A stretch of 64,000 nucleotides of DNA, from positions 3,534,001 to 3,598,000 of the forward strand of contig NC_088814.1 in NCBI RefSeq assembly GCF_011386835.1, in the 5' to 3' direction. The position numbers were made by a program, and so were the translations under genes. Positions 12,901 through 25,570 of the stretch are shown piece by piece. Position 1 is the first letter of the stretch; the number at the start of each line of letters is the position of its first letter. The notes under the pieces are model-generated. The model saw only the letters and a program-made list of their open reading frames with translations, was not told the origin of the DNA and ran no database searches. The stretch comes from Chrysemys picta bellii (lineage: Eukaryota).

Positions 12901-15900
12901 GCTCCATTACAACGGCTGCACTTTGATGGGGTGCAAGGGGAAGCTATGGAGGAGCAGGTTTTCCCCCAGGCAGGCATGCTGCAGCACTGGAGGGGAAGCT
13001 GTGCATGGAGGGCCATTGGCGGATGGGGCATTGCAGCACACAGCGCTGGAGGGGCAGTCGTGCCCGGGATATGGCTGTGCCCGGTGCAGTATCAGAGGTA
13101 CATTATTTTTGCACAAATCCCTCTTAACTCCCGCCCCACACACACACACACACGCCAGGCACTGAAGCAGTTAAACCCAAGTTCTGTCCAACTGCAGCTC
13201 ATGAAATCAGAGACATGGGTTTTGTAACCCAAGCCCAGCCAGCAGACGCTGGTTTAAAAAACCCAGGCAGTTCCGGAAGATGCCACCGGACCGGAGGGGC
13301 ACGCGAGGGCTCCATTTCTAATCACATCCAGAGAGGGACACCCACAGTCCCTCAGAGCATAGAAACACTCACTCCCGTGGCTCACTCTGATGTCACAGGT
13401 GGCTCTCAAATCCCTGTGTCAGTGGCTGGCGCTAAGTGTGCAGTGAGGGGGCTGGGGGAGCTAGAGGGATGTGGGATTTTCTCCTAGAGTCCAAGTGGGG
13501 TGAAAAAAAAGACCCAATTGTGAAGAGAGCTGCTGGTCAGAGCCCACCCCAGACAAACAAAACTAGTAACAGTTGCTTCTCCGAGGAATGGCAATGGCAG
13601 AGATGGGCCCAAACCATAAGGATCAGACCCCAAAGGGTTGTGAGTTCTGGTTCGGGTCACTGAGCATACACATCAGCTTTTAATACACACCCACCCGGTT
13701 GCCCGACATCCCCAGCTGAGGTTGCGCTGATCACTGGAGGAGGGGAGCTGGAAGACGAAGGGCGTTGGGACAATCTCTATCACCACTGTATGAAATGAGG
13801 GGAAACTTGATGCTGTGGTTAGGATTCTAGTCTGGGCCTCAGGAGATCAGGCCTCGATTCCCTATGTCACCATGGGCAAGTCACTTACCCTCTCCTTGCC
13901 TCCATTTCCCCATCTATAAAATGGGAATAATAGCACGGCCTTGCCTCACGGGGGTGTGAGGACAAATACATTAAAAGACTGTGAGGAGCTCCAGTAACAG
14001 AGGCCATAGGTCAATTAATCCCAAGTGGTGGGTTTTGTGTGAGGTGGATGTTTGCCCGATAGGAACTCAGCAGAGACCCAACAAACTCATTGCACTGGGG
14101 TCAGCAAACAGCCCTTAGGCCATTAATGTGCTCGCCCCAGCATCTCTGTCTCTGCACCCGCTGTGCTGAGCAACGTCGGTAGCAGCAAGTCAGTCTGGTT
14201 CTTGGGGTTGATGGGGGGAAGATATGAAGGCCAATAGGCTGTCTAGCGTTCACACACCACTGCAATTACTAGTTACCCCCTTGTTAGCATTTATCCTAAG
14301 ACAAAACATTCCCCTCACCAGACAGGGCTGCAGCCTAGGAAGGGGTCAGCTCTGGGCCCAGGTTTAAGGCGTGCTGCGCATGGAGGCCAATATTTTAAGC
14401 TATTCAGTCGATCATTTAGGGAGAGAAACAGGGGTGTGTCTTTATCCCTCCCTGAAACCCCACCTGTGGCTTTCCCTGCTGGGACGCTCTGGGAACAGGG
14501 GAGACCCTTGTACCCCAGTTTCTGCCCAAGCAACTCATGCCTGAGGGAGTGATATGAGTGATATGAGATGTGTTGTTACAACCTCCCCCTAGACAGCTAT
14601 GAATCTTTAGCTTTAGCTGTAGCAATTCCTGTTTTTAGGGTGGGCGGTTTCCAGTTCAGTCCCCATTGTGTCAGCCAGGAGGGTGTCTGTTGCATCTGGG
14701 CCGCCCGTGAGGGAACGGTCAACCTGGAGATAAGTCTCTAGGCTGGGGCTCTTCATTCCTTCTGCTGAGCTGTGGTCGTAGGATACCAGAGGCCTTGGTG
14801 CCCCTTTGGTTTGGGCAGATTCACAGAGTTTAAAACCAGAAGGGCCCATCCTGACCCCCTGCAGAAAACTGGCCCTGGCAATTCCTGCCTCCAGCCCATA
14901 CCTTGGGGTTGAGCTAGAGCAGGGCGATTTCTAGACAATGCTAATCCCTGGATTGGGACAGAAACACAGGACCTGGTGGCTCAGGGACACAAGTGCTCCC
15001 ACCTGAGGCCCCAGTCGCTACCACAGACTCCTCGCAGAGCAGTACGACCAAGGCTCTGCCTCACCCTGTCTCCCGATTGACGGCGGCGGCAGGTCACCCC
15101 CGGGCTGTTGCAGTTTTTGACGGAACAGCTTTTTCAGGTTGGGCGTGTTTAAAAAGGCAAAGGACTGACGCAATGTTGTGGAGCCAAGCTTCCCCGCCCC
15201 GACACACCTCCGCCTCGCCTGCCCTGACGCAGCCTTCCCCCAGCCCTGCCTCCTGCAACTGCTGCAGCTGTCACCATACGCTGCGAGCTGCCTGCTGTCG
15301 GCTCGCCCAGGGTGGCGCAGGCCGCCAGGGAAGGCCTGGGGGCTTGACAGGCCATCGCCCTGACTCTGCTTGCCCAGGGCAGTGCGTGCCACCTGGAGGG
15401 CAAGCCAAGATTCTTCACCATGTCCATTTTGGGCCCCAACATTTATAAGTGATCAAAACCAAACTGGGGTAAAATAGCTGCAACAGGATAAGCAATATTG
15501 AGCATTTTACTTCTGAAAGATGAGCCAGGGCCTGCATACAACAAACACACAGACAATCAGGCACCAGAAACTCAGAGCCAAGTCCCGTTTGAAGTCCTGG
15601 AATGTGGGATGTTTTCCTAGACACATCTGGTCCACGGGGCAGCACAATGCACTAGTGGAGGCCACCAGTTCAATCCCAGTGTGTTGGCCAAGATGGGCAC
15701 CATCCCTAGAGCAAGAGGCAACTGCCCTGCATTGCTGGGCTGCAGACAGACAGACAAGTCCCTTCGGGGACTTGGGGGAACTCTGCCCAAGGAACTGGAG
15801 AAAGGATCAGATCTTAGAGAGGGGAGGGGCTGAGTAACAAGAGGATGGTGATCTCAAGGGAGGAAGCAGCATGGAGATCTTCCTCCTTGTCCAGACTAGG

Positions 15901-18900
15901 GTTTGATGGGTCAATATCTATGAGAGGAGCATTCCTGAAGGGATGGGGTCTGAGAGACCCAATTCCCATAGAGATGCTGGTGTAACCCACAGGTGCATGT
16001 GTGTTACTGGTCCCCCTCTGAGCCTGACCCCCCGCCATACTTCCAGCTCAAATCCAGGATATGGTCCCACTTCTATGACAGCCGCCATCTTGGCCAACAC
16101 CCCGCCGATTGACCTGGGGAACCTCCAGAGCTAAGTTTGAGCAAGACAGATCCTCTGTGGATCAGGCACGGGGAGGGGCTGTACTACGCACTGACCAATG
16201 GGCTACACGAAAGCACTGGAGGAACAGGGTCTTCCCTTAGGCTCAGCTGGGTGGGTGGCCCATCAGGATAGTACAGAGGAAAAACTCCTTTGGCGGCATG
16301 CGTCTCCCCTTGGGGAAGCAGCTGAGTTGCTGGATATCCTTGGGAGGGTTGACCTGGAGTCTCCAGGAATTAAAGATTAAGTCGTGATGAAATCTCCAGG
16401 AATACATCCAACCAAAACTGACAACCCTCGCCATTGGCCCCCACAATGGCGGGGGGGTGGCACTACCGCGTCATTCCTCCTCGGCTTCTCCCATCCGCCC
16501 CCCCAAAGAGGCAGGCGTGCTAAGGACATCTCATTCCCAGCATTCAGTCCGCAGCGGGGTCTCTACAGGGGACAATGGCCCGCGAGGGCCTATAATAAAG
16601 TCAACTCCCGGCAGCCAGGCATTCTCTGGATGTCGGTAGCCAGTCTCCTAGCAACCGGCGGTGGTAGGCCTCAGGCCTATGTGGCCCAGCTGAATGGGAG
16701 GCCTGACTCTGGAGCTCTTATCTGGCGCTTGGGCAGAGGGCAGATTCAAATTAACAGCCAGCAAACAGCCTGGGCCATTCCCAGCCACGAGAGACGGGGC
16801 TACTGTGCCTCCGAAGCAAGATGGCTGGGAATCAATAACCCCTGGACCACACTGCCCCTGTGCTACCTCTGTTATCCAGAGGGTCTTCACTCAGGATCTG
16901 TCCCCCTTGGTCTCCTGGGGGGTGGTTTGCAGCTAGCCCAGCATCCCTCCCCCCGACATCTATTGTTGCACCAGTGGGTCTGTAAACAGTACCCCGCCCC
17001 TAACCCCACCCAGTCTGGACTGTGTAGGCAAGTGGTGACTTTGCATAGGTAAAATGGACGCATGCCTGATTCCCCAGGAGAGCATCTAGGCTGGCAAATC
17101 CAGGGGATCGGATGGGAAGAGCAGGGAGTGAAAACTAAGGGACAGAGACTAGTTCGCCCAAGCCTGGTCCTTTCCCTTCAATCAGCTTGGTTGGTATCCC
17201 CTGCCCTCCCCCCAGTCTTTCCACTAGCTGGAGTATCGAGCCCCAGGACTGATCACTGGGGAATTTTATATTCATGTCCCTTTGCCTTTCATGTGTACAG
17301 ATCAAAGCCCCGTGCACATGAACAAACTTTGTCCACACTCCCAGACGCCAGGCTGATTATCCCCATTTTAACGAATTTAAGCTTAAATTAAGGTATGCGC
17401 AGCAGGGGGTCGTCAAGTCCTGAATAAGGAAGTTATACCATTTGGCAGGTAGGGAAACTGAGGCACAGAATGATGACGTGACTGACCCAAAGTCACACAA
17501 GAGGTCATGGGGAGAGCCAGAAATAGAACCCAGGAGTTCTGATGCCCCACTCTAATCAGTAGGAAACACTTCCCTCTCCCAGACCTGGGAACAGAACCCA
17601 GGAGTCCGGACTCACTCCCCAGCCCCCCTTGCTCTCACCTCCCATTCAGTAGCCTTGTAGATTTGTTTAATTCTGCTGTTCTCAAGGATGCAGAATTATG
17701 GGAAAAAATAGGAGGGAGAGCAAACATTTCTCTGTCAGCTACTGAGGTGGGGGTGGGCAGGAAGGAAAGGGGCAGCAGCTGTTGAGCCTTTGAGGTTCAC
17801 TCTGTGCCCCCCAAGTCCCTCACAGTAAAAGCAAACTGCCTTGTCATGCACCCCGGAGAGCAGTGCTGGCATTTGGCCCGGTGACCCTACAGCAGAAGCT
17901 CACTGGCTGCTCGCCACAGATCACGGGAGCCGGGATTCCATTTGTCAGATTCCTGAAAAGCTCGGGCAGCGTCGGCTACGTGACTGAGCAGCAGGGATAA
18001 GGGATTTGTCCTGGGCTGGGCTGGGAAGCCTGCAGGCTTGGGGACTTTAAATCCAGGTTGGAAACACCTGATCCGTTTTGCCTCCTCTCTCTTTGTCACA
18101 GACACACTGTTACTTCAGGGAGAGGTTCCTAACTCTCCTTGTTCCTACCCCACCTCCGCAGTAGTAAATTACCAACCCTCCCCAGCCTTCGGCCTGTGGG
18201 CTGGGACAGCAAACAGATGGCTCCCCATGCGGCCTGACTGACAGCTCGCCTGGGGCCAAGCAGCTGCCCAGCAACGGCATGCCTCGTGCGTAAAGCCAGC
18301 CGCCTCCCGCCTGCTCTGGGTCACAGGACCTGTCTGCGCAGCCTTCTCCTGAGCGGTCCCTTGTCCCGGGAAATGGGCAGCAAAGGTTTGTGCTAAATGT
18401 CAAAAGGCGAGGAGTTCGGGCCTGGCACAAAGGGGCTGAGCCGGGGGCTGAGTTTGGAGCCGTCTCCTTGATCCCCTTGGGGGGCTCCAACCTGCTGTCC
18501 AGCTCCCGGGCTCCTAAACTGGATGTCATTGTCTGCAGCTTTCTCTCATGCTAAACCTGGTCTCAGCTTCCTCGGTGTCCTCTGCCCCTTCCTCCTGCCA
18601 ACCTCTGCGGCGTCACTGCCATCCCCTCCGGCCTGCCAGAGTGCAGCTGCTAATGTCACCTTGCCCTGCCAGCGCTCTGGGGCAGTACCTGACTCCGACG
18701 GGAGCAGCGACTGCACTCTGGTGAGCCGAAGGGTGTCTGACCCCTTCGGTTCAGTCCCTCTAGCCCTCCCCAGGGTGGCTGCCGCTCTGTGGAACCACTG
18801 CACCAAACACATATCCATCGATACAGGTATCTCCAGCCCCATTAGCTGGGCCCCCCCATTTCCTGTCCCCATCCATTCCTTACCCACCCCACTACTCAGA

Positions 18901-21900
18901 GTAGCCCCTGCCCCTCCCCACTGGCTGCATTTCCCAGGGCCCAGCAGGCATTTAACAGCTGCTGCTGGGACTCAGAGAGGCTCAGGAGAGGACCAAGTGT
19001 GGGGGATCCCTGCTGTGGCAGGAGTTTAAAGGTCACCGTCCGAACAAGCTGGGCCAGGGCAGATTTGTATTTCATGCGAGGCTAGCACAGAGAGGAATCC
19101 CCCAGAGGGAAAGAGAATCATTAATGCCAGGGCTGAGCTGATCCGTCCTTGTGAGCTTCCTGGCTCAGCCCTGCACCATCACAGGGGTTCCCCAGTTTCC
19201 CGACCCCGCCACTGAGCGCACGGAGGGCAGCATGATGTGGGACTCCCTTTTGGATTTCTCCCCTTCGAGCAGCACGGGTGCTATGCAGAGGGAGGTGGAG
19301 CTCTCGAAGGTATGTGTTGTTTCCTAGAGGATTCAACCAAACAGTCCTGGGGACCATCGTTTGACCAGAACAGATCCAAGCGCGTGCCCAGTGCATAAAG
19401 CAGGACAGAGTACGTAAAGGGGAATCATTCGAGGGGAAGGGTCCCATCTCCCAGAGACGGCAAGAAAGCAAAAACAAGCGATCACCTGCAGCCAAAGCTC
19501 AAGGTCTAAATCCACCTGATAATCAAGAGATTGGTGTAGGATTCCAGAGAACAATGAACTGCGGCAGCTGAGGTGGGGCTTTCGGTGGGGCAAAGGCCAG
19601 AAGGGCCCAGCACCTGCAGCCAGGGCCAGATTTTCACAAGGGTTCAGTGGGAGCTGCTGGCCTTGTACCAACCACCACCTGGCCCCAGGAGCACGAGTAC
19701 ATTTTACCGGGGAGGTTTCCCAAAGCTGAATTTGGATGCCCAGTAACAATTAAATGGAATCGGGCTTCCAAAATCCATGAGCTTTGGCTTCCAAGTCTCA
19801 CCCTCCCATCTCCAATCCTCTCCTTTCCCTCCCCGCAGGGTCTGTTGACCCTCCTGGCATGAGGCAAGGCCAGTCGGTTTACTCTGCCTTTTGGAAGAGG
19901 GTCAGTGCCATGCTGGAAAGGGAGCTGAGGTTTGTGGGGGGACTGCTGGTGGGGCAGTGGCTGGCTTTAGTTTCATGGCCTCTCTTTTCAAAGCTGTTGC
20001 ATGTGCTCCTAAGAATAAGACAGGGCAGCTTTTATCTCCGTCCGGATCCATATAAAATCAATAGCCTAGCCACACGATTTGTACATTGTAATGTGCCTTT
20101 GACTCTATTTATCTGACGGTAGGAACCCCATCTGAACACCTCACAATCTTTGCATTTATCCTCACACAGCCACATGAGGCAAGGTACTTATCCCCACTGT
20201 GCAGATGGGGAAACTAAGGCATGGAGAGGTTAACTGACTTGCCGAGGGTCATGCAGGGTGCAGTGACAGAGCAGGGACTTAAACCCGAGTCTCCTAAATC
20301 CCGGATTAGTGGCCTACCCGCTGGGCCCATCCTGCCTCTACAGCCATTTGTTAACCAGGGGCGGGTTGTTCAAAGGAGCCTATGGGAGGGAGGCATTTCC
20401 TAAGGGAAATTCAGTGGGCACTGAGTGCCTGACTCTCTTAGGATAGTCTCAGCTTCTGGACTGAAGAAACCGAACAGCACAGAGAAACATCACACTCGGC
20501 ACCTGGGGATCCCTTTAGTGGTAGCCTCCGCCAAGGACTAAGCAGGTGGAGAGACCAGACTCCCCTTGGGGGTCAGGCACAAGACAGGTTGCGGGGATGC
20601 TGTGTAGGGAGGGAAGGCGTGGAAAGGGCGCCCTGCTGGTTTCTGGGCTGTCCTCGTTCTGGGGATAGGGTAAGAAGCGTTGGCCTCCAGGGCTGGCCAG
20701 CCAGCGGTTAAACTAGAAAAGGAAGATGCCGAGCCCTGTCCTACTTGCTCTGTCCTCTCTGAGGGGAGGGGGGGATGTAGCCTGCTGTTTCAGGAGGTGG
20801 AATCAATGCTCTGACTATGCTCCCACATACCAGGGGACGGAGAAGTACAACGCGCACTCCAGGGAGAGTGCATCCCACCTACACAGCCTGAGATGCAACG
20901 TCCTTGACCAGGTCCCAAGCTGAGATCCAGGCATCCATTACAGGAAGATTGTCCCTTTCCCCGCCCTCCTTCTCTGCTACCTCCCGCTTCACCAGGCTGG
21001 CCTGAGGGCAGTGGTGGAGGTGGGGGGATGGGGCGGTCTCCTGTCTCCCCAGCTGTGCTTTGCGCCCCTGGCAGTGAATCTGAAGGGAGCCGGGTGCCAA
21101 AGGAGGAGGGTTGGGTGCAGGTTGTTAAAGTTGCATAGGAATGTGAGACCGCCCAGGCGCCCAGCAAGGTTAGTCAATTATCAATCATTAAAGGCTCCTC
21201 ATTCAGTCAGCACTGGACATTTCACTGGGAGGCTAAGGGCCTCTTGTTTATCCTGCTGTTAAATGCCTCGTGTGCACAGAACCTGTTTAAAAACCTGGGA
21301 GACAGAAAGCCTCTGTTTAACCACAGAGCAGGGCAGCAGTGGGGAGAGCTCCCCACACAAACATGCATCAAACTCTGCTAACAACTCTCAAACCTGACCT
21401 GGAGGGAACAATTCTTCAGCAGAGCAGGGAGTCTAGCTTTCAATCCCTGCTAACACGTCTCCACTGCAAACTGGACTGAGGTGTCACAAACTCATCACAC
21501 ATTTGCCACTGAAAAAGCCATCAGATTGTAACTGCTACTGGCCTGGATTCAAACAGGCCACTTAGCAATGAAAGCCTCTATATTCTATTGACCCGCTGTG
21601 GAGATCGTGGGAGATTCCTGTATTGTTTCTATTAATAATTATGCGTGCCTCAGTTTACCTGCTTAATATTATCTTCCCTGATCGCATGGCATTAAATCAG
21701 AGGAAGGGAAACAGACAGGAAACTAAACAATGATGGAGAGAAGGTACCTCCAGAGAGAATACCAAGGGTCTTCCAGGGAGCAATGGTGGGGACAGAGGAA
21801 ATGGGGGCGTTATTAATTGGGAAATGCCCATCTGCCTGTCTCCAGCTCGGCTAGCAGATTTAGTTTTCCCAGGCCCAAGCCTAGGATCAAAGGGACGCTA

Positions 21901-24900
21901 AACCATTAAAATCCCCCCGCCTAGAGAGGAAGGGTGGTGAGTGGGCAGCAGGAGCAGGAGGTGAATCTCTAACAGAGATGCACAGAGAGGATGCTGAGTG
22001 AGCTGTCTGGCTCTCCCAGGCCAGGTGGAGGGGTGTCTGGGCTGAGTGCAACTTGCCCAAACCTTCAAGGAAAGAACGAAGTGGAGGTAAGGTTCATGCG
22101 TGTTGGCCTTTGTTGTTTTAACCCAATTCTCTCCCTACTGTGTTCCTGTTGAGTAATAAATACTGTAATACTTTGTTTTGAAAAGGCTGAACTGTGTGGC
22201 TGCAAACATTAGCTGGTTACACAGCTCCTGAGAGAGAAGCCTCCTGCTCCAGGAGCCCTGGGGAGAAACAGGGGTGCTATCACCCCGGGACCCAGTGGCA
22301 CAGGCGCAGGACTTCGCCTCGAGTGAAATGGGCCTATCACTAGAGGTCTGCAGAGGGGTACAAAGCAGAGCACATTCTGTGATCCCTGGCATCAGCCCTT
22401 CGGTCAGGGATTGTGTCTTACTCTAGGGCTATGCCTCGCCAAGCACAATGGGGTCCTGATCTAAGGTGGGGCCTGGCGGTGCTATTATTTATTATCTACA
22501 TTAAAATAACAGCCACCATTTAAAAAAAAAAAATCTAAGCAGCGTCTGGAGAGAGTGAATTGAAGAGATGACTCTACGGGTAAAGATTCCTAATGGAGGG
22601 ATCCATTAGGCTGTGGGACCGGATCTTAAGGAAGAGTCTGGATGCTCCATCTCTACAGATGCTTAAACCTGGAGGACTGCATAAGCAGGGAGAACAGACC
22701 CACAGAACAATCCTGAACCTGCGGGGAGGATGCGATTTAACAGGGCTATGCCCACTGCTAACCTGGACGATTCCATAGCCTGACCAGTACGGTGGAGATA
22801 GTTAATTTAGTTAGATTTTTAGATGCACCGATTCCAGGACCACGCGCAAAACATCCGCAAACAACACACACACAGACTCACCCCAGGGAAAAGCTGCACA
22901 TAAACCTTGCAAATCACCCGTTGTGTAAACAGACGGGCCTGACCTTGTGCCCTAAATGTTATCAGACTCAGGTTCTCTTAGTGTCCAAAGGTAATTCTAC
23001 CGTAACCAACAGTGACTCTGTAACCCAGTGGACCAAGTCCTGACAGGCGCGAGTCCTGCAAACACTCGAGCATGTGTGTAACTTGACCTACATGAATCAT
23101 CCCATTGACGTTAATGGGAAGGCACATGTGTGTCGAGTTATGCACGGGCTTCTGTGTTTGCGGGATTGGGGCATGCACACCTGTAAAGCCCTGCAGCCCA
23201 AAACTAGGATATAGAAGTGAACAATCCCCAGTGACTCTTTTTAATGTCGGGGTGTCATCACTATTTATTTTGGAACATTGTTACTCAGGCCCTGCCAGGA
23301 TGTCCCCATTCCCAGGAACAGGTTCTCTTTCCTGGGAAATTAGGGAGAACAATTAACTTCAACATTTTTTCAGATATTCTGATACCGACAAACACAAAGC
23401 ACCTTATTGGCATGTGAACTGGAAAAGGCGCTTCAGAATTCAGTGCCCACTTGCTGCTTGGATCTCACCAGCTTAGCAGGGTTGGGCCTAGATGGAATGT
23501 ATATGGGACAGACAGATACACACAAGCCCACAGGAAAACCCAAGCAGTGCTCCCAAGTCAGTAGGTGATGATCTTTCTGAACCAATGTCCCACCATGGCA
23601 GTAAGGGGGACACTGGTGCTGTTTTTTGGCTGAAATATCAACTAAAGTAATTAAAGATCCTGTGGGATTTTCTCCCCTTGGGAGTAGGGGGGGGTTAATC
23701 TGGCTGTCTTTGCCAATTCCAATCTGAGTAAATACATTCTGCCACTGTATATCCCCCTTCACTCCTGCAGATTCAATAGAAGGAGTTTCCCCCTTCACTT
23801 TCTCCCTCAAACTGTTGGATAGTATTGCTCTGTGCCGTTAGGCAGCTGATGTGTTCCACCCCAGAACTGGCTGCATCTCATCTTGTGAGTGAAGTTACTC
23901 CTGTATATGTAAAGTCTCTGAAGCACTTCAGGATGAGAGGTCCTTTATAAGATACAGTTCTCTGAGGGCCACATTACCCAGGAGCTCTTATCACTAAATA
24001 TAGTGTATTACAGGGACCCTAGGGCCTAGATATGGGTTTAACATAGACCTGCCCAATTTGCAGGTCCAATTCATACTCAGCTAAGACATCAGAAAACAAA
24101 CACTACTAGTTAGTAAATATTTGGGTTTGTGCATAAGGTGCTATGGATTATTTACCTAAATCTGACATACTGGATAACTCCCTTGGGAATCAGCACCTAG
24201 AATTTCCTGTCTGTCCTCTTGCCCAACAGTCAATGAACTACAAAATGTAACTGCATCAATAAAGCTGCAACCCCCCAGGATTCAAATACAATAAACAGCT
24301 CGACACTGTAAACAGCAGACAAGATGGATGAGGTGGTAACATTTTCAATAAACAACTTGCCTTCTGCATAAATCAAAAAGGCTAAAATCTTTTTGGCCTC
24401 ACTTATTTCCTCATTGTACATTTTGAAACACGCCAAACAAGCATTCACTTCAACCAGCCCCATCACAAAAATTGGTTCGAATCCTAGCCTCTGAAATTCC
24501 TAACATAAATTCCTTTCCAGACTATTTAATTTGTGAGTGAGCTATAAAATAATTGCCCAGGTAAACTATTACTGGACTCAAATTCATCCTTAAAGGTGAT
24601 TTCGCACACAGAGCAAAACGCAAATAAAGAGAAAAATTCAGCCCGTAGAGTTCATCCAACATCTCAGAGTGAGTAAAGTCTGATCCAGCCATCTACTACT
24701 GTACACAACAATCAGATGGGTAACTCTGTTCCCTTACAACGCAGTGCTTAGATATACAACTCACTCCAGATCTCTGCAGGCAACTTCAGGGTCTGCCTGG
24801 GATTGCTTTTGTACTATTAAGCAAACTCCATGGATCCTATGTTTGAAACCCACTCTTTCCTTGTAGCAGCAACAACGAGAACAGGGAATGAAAGAAACCA

Positions 24901-25565
24901 TTTTAAAAAACAGCCAAGTCTCCCCCTCCCTACGCTCCTGATGCAACCGCAGTTCTCTGCCTCTCTAGTCACGTCTGGATGGTGTAATGGTCCCTGGGAA
25001 AGGTCCCTTTCCCTGCGTGTGTAAAACAACACAAAACGACAACATCTAGAAACACGCTCCCCACTGAAGTGGCAGCCCTGCTCTGAAAGCTCCAGCTAAA
25101 TCCTTGCTAAACCAGGACTCATGGGACCCAGTCAATGTCATGCTCGCGAAAGTAATTAACAAACTCCCCTCCCCACTCCCCCTCACACCTCATTCTGCTG
25201 GGTGGAATGATTAATTTCTGCGTTCTCGGTAGATCTTTGAGTAACGACACTAAGATTGTTAAACTAGGTCAGCTCTCTTTCTTTATGCAAGTTACACAAA
25301 ACTTCAGACAAAGTTTTTTGTTTTGGGTTTGCACCCCCTCCCCCCTTTCTTTTCCGGGGCTGTGTGTGCTTGTTTGGAGTTTTCTTCGCCCACATCCTAA
25401 GATCTCTCTCCCTGATCTGAAGTTTCTCTTTCCTAACGTCCCACACAAGCTTGCTTTTCTCTCTCTCTTTTTCAAATCTGACCCACCTTCTGTGCTCCAA
25501 CAGCCTGGCAAGGAAGAGGCTAAAAACAGCCCCATGCAGAAGCACCAGCTGCTGGGAAGGATCAT
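796..25565 (-). CDS. ERBB2: Receptor tyrosine kinase erbB-2 (HER2/neu), 5' part: coding exons 1-13 (signal peptide, ectodomain I-III, start of IV); continues left of the window
   Basis: 13 GT-AG exons totalling 1622 nt (540 codons + 2) in one continuous frame. Peptides [39 protein letters not shown] and [10 protein letters not shown] match ERBB2, and exon sizes match human or differ by multiples of 3. Synteny with PGAP3/PNMT/TCAP. Confidence 0.97.
1265..1464 (-). CDS. ERBB2: ERBB2 coding exon 12 (200 nt), [26 protein letters not shown]...KPVKQC
   Basis: ctgcag acceptor; G|GTAAG donor; same size as human exon. Confidence 0.95.
1896..1986 (-). CDS. ERBB2: ERBB2 coding exon 11 (91 nt), [29 protein letters not shown]
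   Basis: tttcacag acceptor; AA|GTGAG donor. Confidence 0.95.
2350..2423 (-). CDS. ERBB2: ERBB2 coding exon 10 (74 nt), [24 protein letters not shown]
   Basis: ccaacag acceptor; G|GTGGG donor; absent from the ORF track, read by hand. Confidence 0.93.
3106..3232 (-). CDS. ERBB2: ERBB2 coding exon 9 (127 nt), [42 protein letters not shown]
   Basis: ctcctag acceptor; GG|GTGAG donor. Confidence 0.95.
3482..3598 (-). CDS. ERBB2: ERBB2 coding exon 8 (117 nt), [38 protein letters not shown]
   Basis: cccacag acceptor; G|GTAAC donor. Confidence 0.95.
3628..3745 (+). mobile_element. tRNA-derived MIR/CORE-like SINE fragment
   Basis: gtggttagggc head ... gaccttgggcaaatc core. Confidence 0.6.
4363..4504 (-). 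CDS. ERBB2: ERBB2 coding exon 7 (142 nt), dimerisation arm, [47 protein letters not shown]
   Basis: ccccag acceptor; T|GTAAG donor. Confidence 0.95.
4788..4900 (-). CDS. ERBB2: ERBB2 coding exon 6 (113 nt), [37 protein letters not shown]
   Basis: gccccag acceptor; CTG|GTGAG donor. Confidence 0.95.
5492..5560 (-). CDS. ERBB2: ERBB2 coding exon 5 (69 nt), [22 protein letters not shown]
   Basis: gcccag acceptor; C|GTGAG donor; Cys spacing conserved. Confidence 0.93.
6120..6257 (-). CDS. ERBB2: ERBB2 coding exon 4 (138 nt), [45 protein letters not shown]
   Basis: ctccag acceptor; T|GTACGT donor. Confidence 0.94.
6766..6961. repeat. 47-bp minisatellite, 4 near-identical copies plus a partial, ERBB2 intron 3
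   Basis: gtctgatccggtgcagtgagggggatgccggaccacatggaccaggg starts at 6766, 6813, 6860, 6907 and 6954. Confidence 0.95.
7176..7362 (-). CDS. ERBB2: ERBB2 coding exon 3 (187 nt), [16 protein letters not shown]...[17 protein letters not shown]
   Basis: cctctag acceptor; G|GTGGG donor. Confidence 0.94.
7721..7872 (-). CDS. ERBB2: ERBB2 coding exon 2 (152 nt), [50 protein letters not shown]
   Basis: ccctgcag acceptor; AAG|GTGAGC donor; same size as human exon 2. Confidence 0.96.
13805..13990 (+). mobile_element. MIR/CORE-like SINE
   Basis: gggcaagtcactt...tttccccatctataaaatgggaataata. Confidence 0.7.
17440..17640 (-). mobile_element. MIR/CORE-like SINE plus an extra SINE head
   Basis: gggaaactgaggcacaga...agaacccaggag (twice). 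Confidence 0.65.
20150..20320 (-). mobile_element. MIR/CORE-like SINE
   Basis: cagatggggaaactaaggca...tgacttgcc. Confidence 0.7.
21597..22385. mobile_element. Possible solo LTR in ERBB2 intron 1
   Basis: TG start, internal AATAAA near 22155, repeat-like texture; ends and TSD not resolved. Confidence 0.3.
25487..25565 (-). CDS. ERBB2: ERBB2 coding exon 1, signal peptide [26 protein letters not shown] (alternative in-frame ATG at 25574 adds MKK)
   Basis: Hydrophobic signal-like peptide ending in phase 1 (GAA G|GTGGGT), which joins exon 2 to give TEVCTG. An HER2-type uORF sits just upstream. Intron 1 is about 17.6 kb. Confidence 0.88.
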
Positions 25566-25570
25566 CTTTT

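Noticed and set aside
16384-17052. 222-aa ORF in ERBB2 intron 1
   Set aside because: No recognisable domain or splice context; it begins in a short inverted-repeat remnant (about 16344-16428).
24230-24466. 78-aa protein-like ORF ([17 protein letters not shown]...)
   Set aside because: Starts at GTG, shows no family motif I recognise, and AT-rich sequence explains its composition. A BLASTX/tBLASTn hit would reopen it.
24440-24500. tRNA gene suggested by GGTTCGAATCC
   Set aside because: No A-box, acceptor stem or cloverleaf.
796-25565. Assignment to EGFR, ERBB3 or ERBB4
   Set aside because: [13 protein letters not shown], the exon sizes and the PGAP3/PNMT/TCAP synteny point to ERBB2.
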